A stretch of DNA of 63,660 nucleotides, counting the filler, from Folioceros fuciformis (taxonomy: Eukaryota): the NCBI GenBank assembly GCA_049999805.1. It is 9 parts of 9 records of this genome, joined end to end, with 100 filler letters (N's around TTAATTAATTAA, not from the genome) between each part and the next. Parts side by side here need not be neighbours in the genome. Positions count along the whole stretch, not along the records: positions 25,624 to 39,385 come from JBNGIO010005226.1; positions 39,486 to 44,420 come from JBNGIO010005228.1; 7 more parts are not named here. One strand, 5' to 3'. The translations under genes and the position numbers were made by a program. The notes under the pieces were generated by a model. That model worked only from the letters and a program-made list of their open reading frames with translations. It made no database searches and was not told the origin of the DNA. Of this stretch, positions 32,631-43,169 are shown piece after piece. The first letter of the stretch is position 1; each line of letters starts with the position of its first letter.

Positions 32631-35600
32631 ATGCAACCTAAGGAGCATGAGACCAGTCCTCGTTACAGACTGAGATCCCGTGACATCCCTAGACAAAGCA
32701 CCCCACCTAGACGTGCATACTCACAACGGAGGAGGGCAGCCAAGAGGCAGGAGCAAGCTCATGAGCTTGTGGAAGTCAGCTTCGACCTCGACACTCCACC
32801 TTCAACAGCAAGGCCAGCAACCAACTGGTCCCCATTTACAAGTTTCCTCATCTCTGAGCCTTCAACTTTGGAGGGAAAGCAAGCTCCATTTTAGAGCCAG
32901 CTACCTGAGGAGGAGACATAAGGAGAGTTCTTGCTAGAGTAGTGCTTGGGCCATACACCCTTGGAGCAGCCCCACTTTGCCAACTTGGGGTGGGCAGCCT
33001 TCAGTTCACTCAGGCCTTAGATTTCCTCACCTAGAACAGCCATACATCAACCAGTCACGTGCTCAATATTCTGAAGACTCAGACGACAGTTGGAAGACTA
33101 CATGCGGAAGCGTGTCTTCAATACAAAAGATAAATTAAGAATAATACAAAATACAAATAGTTGTCCTTTTATAGGTATCACCCTAAAGGGTGTGACTTTT
33201 CACTAGCCTAGCAAATTAACATAACTCTTGGTTGGCTAAACTAGCATGACTTATGGTTACTTAACTCTAGTGGACTGGTACCCCTTCTAACTACAACATG
33301 GAGGGGGGAGCACCTTACAGGCATGAGAGATTTTCAGGGAGGCTAGGTACACAGCCCCTACTTACTTCAGGTTATTTGTCAATGGCACGATCAGTCGGGT
33401 CAAGTTTAAACATGGTGCTGTGTATAGCCACCTCTACATGTTTGAACAATTAGCTGGGCATCTAGCAGACGAGGCTCTAGACTTGTATGAGGTGCACCAA
33501 GCTGAACTCACAGCAATGGTGGCTACACCTAACCCCCTGTTCCAAAATGCCTTGCAGCTAGCTTACAATGCTAAGCTAGCTAATGCAATTAATGCTCACA
33601 AGGCTGGTATTGCTGTTGGGAGCATTGCAGCCACACTGCAACCACCAACAGTGGTCAGCCTAACAACAGCAGAAATCGCTGCAGCTACTGCAGGTGTGGA
33701 TGCTGACATCCTCACACCCAAGCATGCCAACCCAATGGAAGACTTTTTGGGGATTTTGGAAAAGGCTTTTCCCCTCAAGACACCTGAGAAGATTGCAGAG
33801 TTGGCAAGTTTTCCACGCAAGAAAGGTGAAACTGTTCAGATGACCTTCCATCGACTACAAAAATTGCGAGAGGGTACAGGAATGCTAACAGACCAGGAGG
33901 CAGCCCAAAAATTCCTCACAGCGCTAGAAGGTGATCCACTTTTCCACTTTCAGCTCGTCACATCCCTTGTGGATAAGTATGGAGACAGTTATACTTTGGA
34001 GCAGGTGCATGAGGAGGCGGAGAAGAAGGAGATTGCATTCTCAGCATATGCCTCAAGGCATTCCAAGGCCTTCACGCATTATCAAAGCATGTTCTCTAGT
34101 AAGAACATAGCTGCTGGGAGTGTAGGTGCTGGGGCATCCAAGTCTACTCAAGCCAAGCCAGCCAAAGCAGGAGCTACAGCAACCTTGGAGGCTTTGTGCA
34201 ATCGTTGTGGCAGTCTGGAGCACATGGCTCCGGCCTGCAAGTGCCCTCCTGAAGGACTGCTTTGTTCTCATTGCCACAAGCCTGAACATCTTGTGGCTGT
34301 ATGCTTCCAAAAGCATCCGGAGTGAAGGCAACAACGAGGGGGCACCACAAATGTTGCAGGGACAGCTCCCACTTCCACTGATTCAAGCCCTTCGGCTATA
34401 GGCAATTCAGGAGTCTCGCGTAGCAGACAACAACGAGAGAAGGCCAAGGCCGAGGTGGCTACTAATGCAGACAAGCTCACTTCACTGGAAGCAACCGTGG
34501 CTGCTCTTGCCACACAGGTGGGGGCACTTTCAGCTAGTATCTCTAGCAGCGTAGCTACTTCCAAGCCAGCTGGGACAACCAGATTGGTGGCATCACAAAT
34601 AGAGGATGATGAGGAATATGGGCTACCGCATGAGGCCTGTACAGTAGATGTGGCAACATCAGCGTCACAGCCAAGTTCCCCCCTGCCTTCTACATGGGTA
34701 GGACAAGACCTTCGGTGGTTGACCATGGCTGCAGTAGCTGGATCTACTGGACCAGTCACACGACAGCGTGGGGCAAGGGCTGCCATGGCTCAGACTTTCA
34801 CCCCCCTTCCTCCAGGAGCATCCATCCCGGTTTGAGGACAGGATCACTTGGATGATGGACAGCTGAATATGGCTGGTCCAGGGTTACAGGACAGGTCACC
34901 TATGCATGCAGTGGGTGCCCAACCTTTTCAGGCTGGGGGTCGATGTCATCTCTTGCCACAGGTGATGAGCACTGAGCAATTGGCCCAGCGCTTGGCAAAT
35001 GCGCCGTTGTTTTTAGTTCAAGACATGGGCATCAGTCTTGGGCAGTTGAGCCAGGCCTTGAGGAGTGGAGAATCAACAGCATTTGTCACAATGACTGCTG
35101 GAACAGCTGATAGTGAATGGGCTGCAAGTTTGCCAACAACCTCAGCCACAAACATGTCATTTTCAGCAGTGGACATGGCTCCACAGTGGGACATGGGATC
35201 TATGCTAGGGGTATACACCTCTCAACGTGCCACGTCCATGCCAAGTTGCCCTTGTGTGCAGCCCACCAACCGCATGAAGGTGCGTGTCGGCAATACCATG
35301 GTGGATAACTGAGAGGGGCATGTCACTGTCAACGGATATGCACCAAAGATGGTCCTGTTGGATACTGGGGCGCAGCCTATCATCATTGGCAAGACCCTTG
35401 CTGCAAGGCTGCGACTGGGTGGAGATGCTCTCAAAGCATCACCGTGGAACATCAGGACAGCATCTGGGTCAATTGAGCCTGTCTGTGGAGAGACTGTACA
35501 ACCAGTTACCATTACGTTGAAGCCCGGCACAGCCTCCTCCATGACGCTTGCCTTGCATTGTGTAGTGACCACGGCCACAAATTATGATGTGCTTTTTGGG

Positions 35601-38110
35601 CAGGAGTTCCTCTTTCCTCCAGGCATAGGTGTGGACATCTGGTTCGAGCTCGCCTACTATAGGCCTGATTGGAGGAACGGAGGTCAGTAGGTGGCCTAAT
35701 TGCCTCTTGATCTCCATGGAGCCAGTGAGGTGGACACTGCCACCTTGATTGCTCCACTGGTGCTTGCATGCACCTTGATTCTTGACACCAGGCAGGTGGA
35801 CACTTGGCTGGATACCAATCTTGATGACGAGGATGGAATGATGGACCAGCCAGGACAGTCATTAGTAGCAACCTCGTGCTTGAGGGATATGTTGTTGAAA
35901 AATGACACGGATGACCCAATTGCAGACGTCTTGCATGTGGCCACCCCACATGTGCAATTGGCCCTTCAAAGGATGCAGCCACCTCCTGCACCGGATGAGC
36001 AACCAACGCTCGGCGATGTCAATCAGTCCATCATAGCATGGACACCCTCTACACCTGGCTTAACAGTTCTGGAACTGTTTGGGGGCCTATGCACTGGATT
36101 GGAAGCCATGCTGCAGAATGATGGGCTGGTTGTGGCCCAATACATTTATTGTGACAAGTGTCCCATAGCCAGGAAGCTAGCTACTTTTCGAATTTAGGGA
36201 CTTCAATCCAGATTTCCAGCACAGCTGCCACTCATTGCCATGGCTGCCATGTTTACAGCCCTTCCACAGGATGTCCAGTACATCCAGGTTGGGCACATTC
36301 AGCGCCTACCACCCATAGGCATCGTAGTGGCTGGTTGGGAATGCCAAGGGTTTTTCTCAACTGGCGCTGGAGCAGGTTCACAAGATACGCGCTCTGCTCT
36401 TTTCTGGGATTTGCGACGCATCTTGGTGTGGATTCAGGCCCGCAATCCTACCTATGCTTACATTTTGGAGAACACTCCAGCCCAGCTGGATTCTCGACTA
36501 CATATTCGACAGGACATGGCTGTGATCCAGCAGCATGTGGGAGTTCCTTTGTTACTTGATGCTGTACAGGTGGGCAGTTATGCACATCGCTTGCGTAATT
36601 TTTGGACCAACCTTGCACCCCAACCCTTGCTAGAATTGGTGTTGGCTGGTACCACTCGGGACCCATCCTTGAGCCTGGTCACAATCATGGACAGCAATCA
36701 CCAACCTCAGCCTGTCCGTGCTGCAGAGAGGAAGCCTTGGTACAGCACCAATGTCCCAGGACAGCCACGCAATACCCTTCCTACGCTCGTGAGCTATCCC
36801 AGCTCTCATGCATATAGAGGGCAAGGAGCTGGCATGTTGTTGAACACTGACACACAGCAGTGGGAGGAACCCAATGTGGAGGAACGGGAGCAAGTGATGG
36901 GTTTTCACACCCATTCTACAGCAGCACCGCAAGTCACAGAAGCCTGGTCTTAGCCCGTTGGGCTAAGAAGCCTGTTTTTTCAGCCTCAAGTCCAGGGGGG
37001 GACTGTGCATGGACTGCTGGAGCTGAGCACAAGCCACGTCCTTCCGCTGAGAACTTTCTCTGGACAATGGGACCCAAGCTCATAAGCAAGCAGCAAGCTC
37101 AGGTTCGCAGTCTGTTGCTGAAATACAAGGATTGTTTCGCCTTCTCCATGAAGGAATTCAAACGTTGCAATGTGACTGTCTTCCGCATCAAGTTCACCAG
37201 TGATGAGCCCATCTATAGGCGGCGTTATAGGCTCAGCCAAATAGAGTGGGAGATGGTGGATGCACGATGCCAGGAATTGCTGGAGGCTGGGCTTATCCGT
37301 CTCTCAAGCTCAAATTATGCTGCAGCAACAATCATGCCTCCGAAGAAGGATAGCAACGGGATGTGGACAGAGAAGCAAATGTGTGGGGACTATCGTCCCA
37401 TCAACGCTGTGACTACGCAAGACCGATATCCCATGCCAACTCTTGAGGAAATCTTCGACAACATCGGCAATTCTATGTTTTTCTCCATATTGGATCTCCA
37501 GCAAGGATTCAACCAAGTCCCGGTGGCAGAGGAGAACATCAAGAAGACAGCCTTTCATGGCTCTCGGTAGCTATGGGAATGGCTTGTGATGCCCTTTGGC
37601 TTTAAAAATGCATCGGTGACGTTTCAGTGGGTGATGGACATGGTCTTAGCAGGATCTGCACACATGATATGTTACATTGATGACGTGTTGGTGCACAACC
37701 TGGACTTTGAGAGTCACTTGGAGCACCTTGAGGATCTATTCATTCAACTGCACAAGACAAACTTGACTTGCCATCTTGCCCTAAGTGTGAATTTGGCATA
37801 CATACTGTGGCTTATTTGGGACATCGAAGGGTGCCAAAGTGGGTTATGCCACATTCAGCCAAGGTGCAGGCCATCTTGCAAGTGAAGGAGCCAACCAACG
37901 TTTCAGCATTGAGGGCTTTCTTGGGCTTATGCAACTATTACAAGGTATACATCCAAAGTTTCAGCCGAATTGCAAAGCCATTGAATGATCTGCTGCACAA
38001 GGATGTGCAATGGAGCTGGACAGCTGCTGCACAGGAGGCCTTTGACATGCTCAAGGCTCAGCTAACCACGGCCCCCGTGATGGCCGGACCTGATGTTTCC
38101 AAGGCCTTTG
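32631..38110 (+). mobile_element. Decayed Ty3/gypsy-like retrotransposon encoding gag(CCHC)-protease-C5 DNA methyltransferase-RT
   Basis: Zinc knuckles (CNRCGSLEHMAPAC, CSHCHKPEHLVAVC), protease LLDTGAQP, MTase motifs (see next feature), gypsy RT (CGDYRPIN, DRYPMP, KKTAF, MPFG.KNA, YIDD), then RT-RNase H linker LRAFLGLCNYY; truncated at 38110 by a copia LTR. Confidence 0.9.
36060..36953 (+). pseudogene. C5 DNA (cytosine-5) methyltransferase domain within the retroelement polyprotein
   Basis: Motif I VLELFGGLCTG (36066), II YIYCD, III QDV, IV VVAGWECQGF (Cys at 36342), LFWDLRRIL, VI YILENT (36468), VIII HRLRNFWTN, IX EEREQVMGF; one in-frame TAG at 36195-36197; motif X not seen. Confidence 0.87.
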
Positions 38111-39274
38111 TGACACTATCAAAGAGCACACGGGAGCGCGTAGGCATAGAATAGAGAATACAATAGAAAGTAGTTACAGTCGCGTGTCTTATGTACGTGA
38201 CGATTGTGGCAGTTGAATAAACTAACCTACCGACCTGTAAACCCTAGCTACATATATATATATAATATCACTCCCACTCAGGTCTAGGGTTTGTGATTTT
38301 CTTAATTTTTATAGCTATATATGCATGTCTATTGCTAAAGAAACTTAGGCCTAACCAAAGAAACTTCAAACTCTTTAAAGAAACCTCGACGAGACGAAAA
38401 AATAGCTTGTCGCGAGAGGAAAGGTGGACTCTGCCCTAAAAGCCTAGTCCTACAGTCTTCAGTCTTCGGCCTTCAGCTCTTCAGCTCGTCAGCTCGCGTC
38501 TTCATCAGCTGAGATAGATTTCAAAGTGGACGCCGCACTCCAACGCAGGGATTTGCCACCGGCACTCAGCCCCATGCCGCACGCGTGCTCATAGTGTTTG
38601 ATCTTCCCCAGCGGCTTGGTGAGGATGTCTGCAGTCATGCGATCAGTCAGGCAGTAGGTGATTCGAACCGTACCTTGTGCAATTGTCTCCCTGATATAAT
38701 GGTGTTGGACCTCGATGTGTTTAGTGCACGCGTGGAACCTCGGGTTCATAGAAAGTGCGATTGCACTTTGGTTGTCGTAGAGAAGATCTATTGGCAGCTC
38801 TTGCTAGATTCCGAGCTCTCGGAGAGCTCCCACTGACCATGTAATTTCCTTACAGGCTTCAGTCAGGCTCTTATACTCTGCTTTGATTGACAAGAGTGCA
38901 ATGGTGGATTGCTTGCGGCTGCTCCAAGAAATAGCACCGCCTGCCAAGATGGTTACATAACTCGAGATGCTCTTGCGGCTGCCTGGGTCTCCAGCCCAGT
39001 CCGCATCACTATAGACTACCAGCCTCAGAGCCTTCTAAGCATTTGCATTGTACAGGATCCCCCAATCAGTTGTGCCAAAGACATACCTGTAGACCCTTGT
39101 CATCAGGTCATTGTGAGAGCTGTTGGGGTTTGACACAAACCGAGAAGTGAGGCCAGAGCAAAATGCTAGGTCAGGCCTCGTGCCAATCATCAAATGCATA
39201 ATACTGCCGTTCTTAGACGGGTATTGCTCAACGAGAGCCTGACCAGATTCAGGTATGTCCCCTACCTGCTGCAT
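38111..39274 (-). mobile_element. Ty1/copia 3' end (RT end, RNase H, PPT, ~160-bp LTR at 38111-38270) inserted into the DNMT-gypsy element
   Basis: TRPDLAF, FHACTKHIEVQHHYIRE, ADILTKPL; PPT (plus-strand ctcccactca) at 38271-38280; LTR ends tgacactat...ataatatca. Confidence 0.88.
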
Positions 39275-39734
39275 GTATTTAACATTATGTAATAATACAG
39301 GAAACCAATGCCTTCAATCTTATGCTTAGAATCATCACCAAGACAGACAAATTCTGCAGGCTTGCTGTCCTTGATTTCAGTGAAGNNNNNNNNNNNNNNN
39401 NNNNNNNNNNNNNNNNNNNNNNNNNNNNNTTAATTAATTAANNNNNNNNNNNNNNNNNNNNNNNNNNNNNNNNNNNNNNNNNNNNGCGACTTAGGATTCC
39501 ACACACGCCGGCACCCCTCTCCACGGGCACACCGCACCCCCTACTTCGCGTTTTCCACGGCCATGGGTTAGCTAGACAATTGTTGACTTTCTAAACTGCA
39601 CCACCGCTATCTCCTAGTCATCCTATCTAATCTAGCCCTATCTAACATAGTTTCCTAATTATCTCTCCAAGGAATTCTATCAAAACTCCAGAAAAAAAAA
39701 AAAAAAACAAATACCACCCATTTTAAAAGAGACC

Positions 39735-40126
39735 CATCTACCATGTGGTCTCCACACTCTCACTGGTATGCTGGACCCTGATGGTAGTTGCTAGAAAGAC
39801 CTGGGCATTTCAGCCCTAGCTCCCTACTGACGTGTGGTGACAGCAGTCGTCTCCAAGGTATGGCCCAGCCAGGTTTGGGGTAATTGTTCATCAGCTTTGG
39901 ACAAGTCAACTTGCCCTAGGCCTTTGCCATACAATGGCTCAGCCTTGGACTGCACCTTGTGTGTTGCACAAGCCTCCATGTCTGGTCCATAATCTTCACT
40001 AGGATCATCTGGTGTCCTAGTAGTTCCAAGTTCCACGCCATTAATAGGCTTAACAGCATTTAAGTTGGCCGCTAAGGTGCTGACTTGAGTTGTCAATGTA
40101 GCCATGGCTATCTCTAGGGCAGTCAT
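39735..40126 (-). mobile_element. Second fragment of the DNMT-gypsy family (post-gag linker region)
   Basis: TALEIAMATLTTQVSTLAA...EDYG...EAC...LPQTWLG...VTTRQ*GARA aligns by eye with ORF 34455-34835 (TSLEATVAALATQVGALSA...EEYG...EAC...LPSTWVG...VTRQRGARA). Confidence 0.75.
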
Positions 40127-42380
40127 TGAAGGGTCGCTAGAGGAGCCACATGGTGAAGGGGGAGAGGAGGAAGCAAGGAGGAGAGGAGAAAGAGAGGTCT
40201 CACACTCTCACATAATCTCAATTGCAAGGGAGCTCAAGGGGGTATTTATACCCTTTAGAAGAGCTCCCTAGGAAGCTTCACAAGAAGCTGTGCTAGAAGC
40301 TTCCTACAGATTAGCTTAAGCTAATCTAAACAAATGGTACTTAACTAGACACTAATCTTAGATTAAACACATTAGTCTAATCACATTGGGCTTTAATAAC
40401 CCTACAACTTCCCACTTAAAGGCAATTTACCTTCATAGGAGAGTGGTCTACCTCATGCCCGTGAGTGTTCAAGCTTGTGCAAATTAGATCTGCAAAGTTC
40501 TGATTGGTGTGAACTTTGACAAGTTGTACCCTCTTGTCTTCTAACACCTCTTGAATGAAGTGATACTTCATTTCCACAAGTTTGGTCTTCGCATGAAACA
40601 CTAGATTCTTAGCCAATTGGAAAGCACTCTAGCTATCACAAGGCAACACTGGCAGCCCAACCTTGATTCCCAAGTCTCCCAATAAATGAGCAAGCCACAT
40701 GGCTTCCTTGCAAGCCAGAGTTGCTGCAACATAGTTGGCCTTTGTGGTAGATAGCGTTATGCTTGATTGCAAATGAGATCGCCATGAGACTACCCCTCTA
40801 GTGCACATGAAGACATAACCTGATGTGGACCTCCTTTTGTCCATATCCCCTGCATAATCAGCATCCATATATTCAACAACAGATGCATCTTCACTACCAA
40901 AACATATGCACAAAGCTTTTGTACTATTTAAGTACCTAATAACTCCTTTTACTGCCTCGCAATGCTTCTTGCCAGGGTTTGACACAAACTTGCTAACCAC
41001 TCCCACTGCAAAAGCAATGTCAGGACGTATAGCAATCATTGCATACATCAAACTCCCTACACATGATGAGTATGGAACCTTCTCGATTTCAGCTTTGTCC
41101 TCCGCAAGGCTTGAGCAATCCTTGCTCAAAAGTTGCACATATGGAGGCAACGGAGTACTCAATACCTTCCCCTTCTCCATGTTGAAACTTTGAAGCACCT
41201 TGTTAATGTATGCACTCTGAGACAAGTAAAGCAAATGCTTATGTTTGTCTCGACGAATACGCATGTCAAGAATATGGCTAGCCTCTCCCAAGTTTGTCAT
41301 GTCAAAGCGAACATTCAACTTTGACTTCAACGTTGAAATCTCATCACTGCTATTCCCAACAATTAGTATATCATTCACATAGAGAACCAAAATGAGCAAG
41401 CTTCTTAAACCACCTATCACACCTCTACAGTTGGAGTAGGCTTCTTGTGCATCTTGGTCTCATTGAAGAACATGTCAATGCTACAAACAACCTTCTTGGC
41501 TTCTAGAACCCATAAACGTTATCCCATCTCACGAGAGTTACCATAGCCAAGAAAAATACATTTTTTGGACTTGGGTGCCAACTTGTCCCGAAACTCCTTG
41601 AGAACATGGTAGTATGTCTCACAACTAAACACTTGTAGATGCTTATAAGATGGGTTCTTTCTAGACCACAGGTCCTCTAGAACCTGCTCATCCACAGCCT
41701 TATTAGGAGATCTATTAATAAGATGTACCGTAGGAGACACTGCTTCTGCTCCAAATCCGTTAGGCAATCCAGAGTTTGACAACAAACTACGCATCCTCTC
41801 TTGGATGGTTCTGTTTATCCGTTCAGCCACACCATTCTTGGGAGGAGTATACGGGGCAGTCAATTCTCTCTTGATTCCCTTGGAACCACAAAATGACTGG
41901 AAAGCCTTTGAAACGTACTCTCCACCATTGTCTATCCTTAGACACTTTAGTCAGATGATAGACTGATTCTCCACAAGGGTGACGAATTTTTGAAACACTG
42001 TCAAAACATTGTCCTTTTTCCTCAAAGGATAAACCCACACCTTGCGTGAGAAATCATCTATGAAATTGACAAAATAGGTTGCACCGTCTAATGATATACT
42101 GGGCATAGGTTCACAAATGTCACTGTGAACCAATTCAAGAGGTTTACTTTTGTGTTTACCTCTTGCTCCATGTGGTGATTTTGTTTGTTTCCTAGACAAA
42201 CAATGCTCACACACGGAGAAATCGGAGAAGTCAAAAGCAGGGACGTAACCAAAACGAGATAAGATCTTTATTCCTTTTTGAGACATGTTCTAACCAACAA
42301 TGCCACAAGGAAACGTTTGGCTGTTCCGTTACACAAATCACATGATCGTTGACAGTAGTTACCTGAAGTGAGTACAAAGT
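40127..42380 (-). mobile_element. Tnt1-like Ty1/copia element (integrase, RT, RNase H, 3' LTR at 40127-40406), internally deleted and decayed
   Basis: LELVHSDICEP, FIDDFSRKVWVY, NGVAERINRTI, LVLYVNDILI, DADYAGDMDKRRSTSGY, FHAKTK; LTR tgaagggt...accctaca next to a PPT. Confidence 0.9.
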
Positions 42381-42600
42381 NNNNNNNNNNNNNNNNNNNN
42401 NNNNNNNNNNNNNNNNNNNNNNNNNNNNNNNNNNNNNNNNNNNNNNNNNNNNNNNNNNNNNNNNNNNNNNNNNNNNNNNNAGAGAGCAGCAATTATAAAA
42501 GAGACACAATCCATCTAGCGAGGTGCTAGATTGGAAAAGATGTCTCCTAGATGCGCTCCTTAAATGCTTAAAGCTGCACTTGCATAATGAAGAGCAAGAT

Positions 42601-42891
42601 GCTCTGATACCATGATGAAAATCTAGCCTTGCTCTTAGATGCAAATCTTAGAATGTAATTGAATGTATATAAGAAGTAAAGTACAAGCCTTTATATAGGC
42701 TAGGTAGTTGGGCGGTTACAACTATAAGTGGTTGTAACCATAAGTAGTTGTAACCGTAAGTGGTTGTAACCGTAAGTGGTTATAACTACTATAGCTAATA
42801 ACTACCTAAATAACCCTAGGTAGATAATTAAAGTTAAGAGGCCCTAATGAATAGTGCCCTAAATCTAGACTTATTTCATCACTCCCACTCA
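42601..42891 (-). mobile_element. LTR (42613-42881) flanked by a PPT and a tRNA-Met PBS
   Basis: Plus strand: gctctgatacca | tgatgaaa...tttcatca | ctcccactca; internal 16-bp tandem repeat (aaccgtaagtggttgt-like). Confidence 0.8.
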
Positions 42892-43061
42892 CTATGAATG
42901 CAGGGATGAATTCTAGCTTTTAAATGAGGCCTATAACATATATAAGCTCATAGGTGATGATAATTTAGGTAAAGAAAAGAAAAGAAAATAATACTATATG
43001 CATCTTATAGCATGGTGTGGCAAGATAGGGTGTCAATTTACCGGGCTGTATCAGAACTCCG

Positions 43062-43169
43062 TAGTTAAGTACCCCACTACCCGGATCAGTACTCGGATAG
43101 TTAAGTACCCCACTACCCGGATCAGTACTCGGATAGTTAAGTACCCCACTACCCGGATCAGTACTCGGA
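43062..43169 (+). repeat. Perfect 36-bp tandem repeat x3 (tagttaagtaccccactacccggatcagtactcgga)
   Basis: Directly visible; no spacers. Confidence 0.93.

Noticed and set aside
36060-36953. Methyltransferase as bacterial contamination or a restriction-modification gene
   Set aside because: It is in frame with gag and protease, followed by gypsy RT, decayed like the surrounding element, and has no endonuclease partner.
43062-43169. 36-bp repeats as a CRISPR array
   Set aside because: Units are directly adjacent with no unique spacers, there are no cas genes, and the context is eukaryotic.
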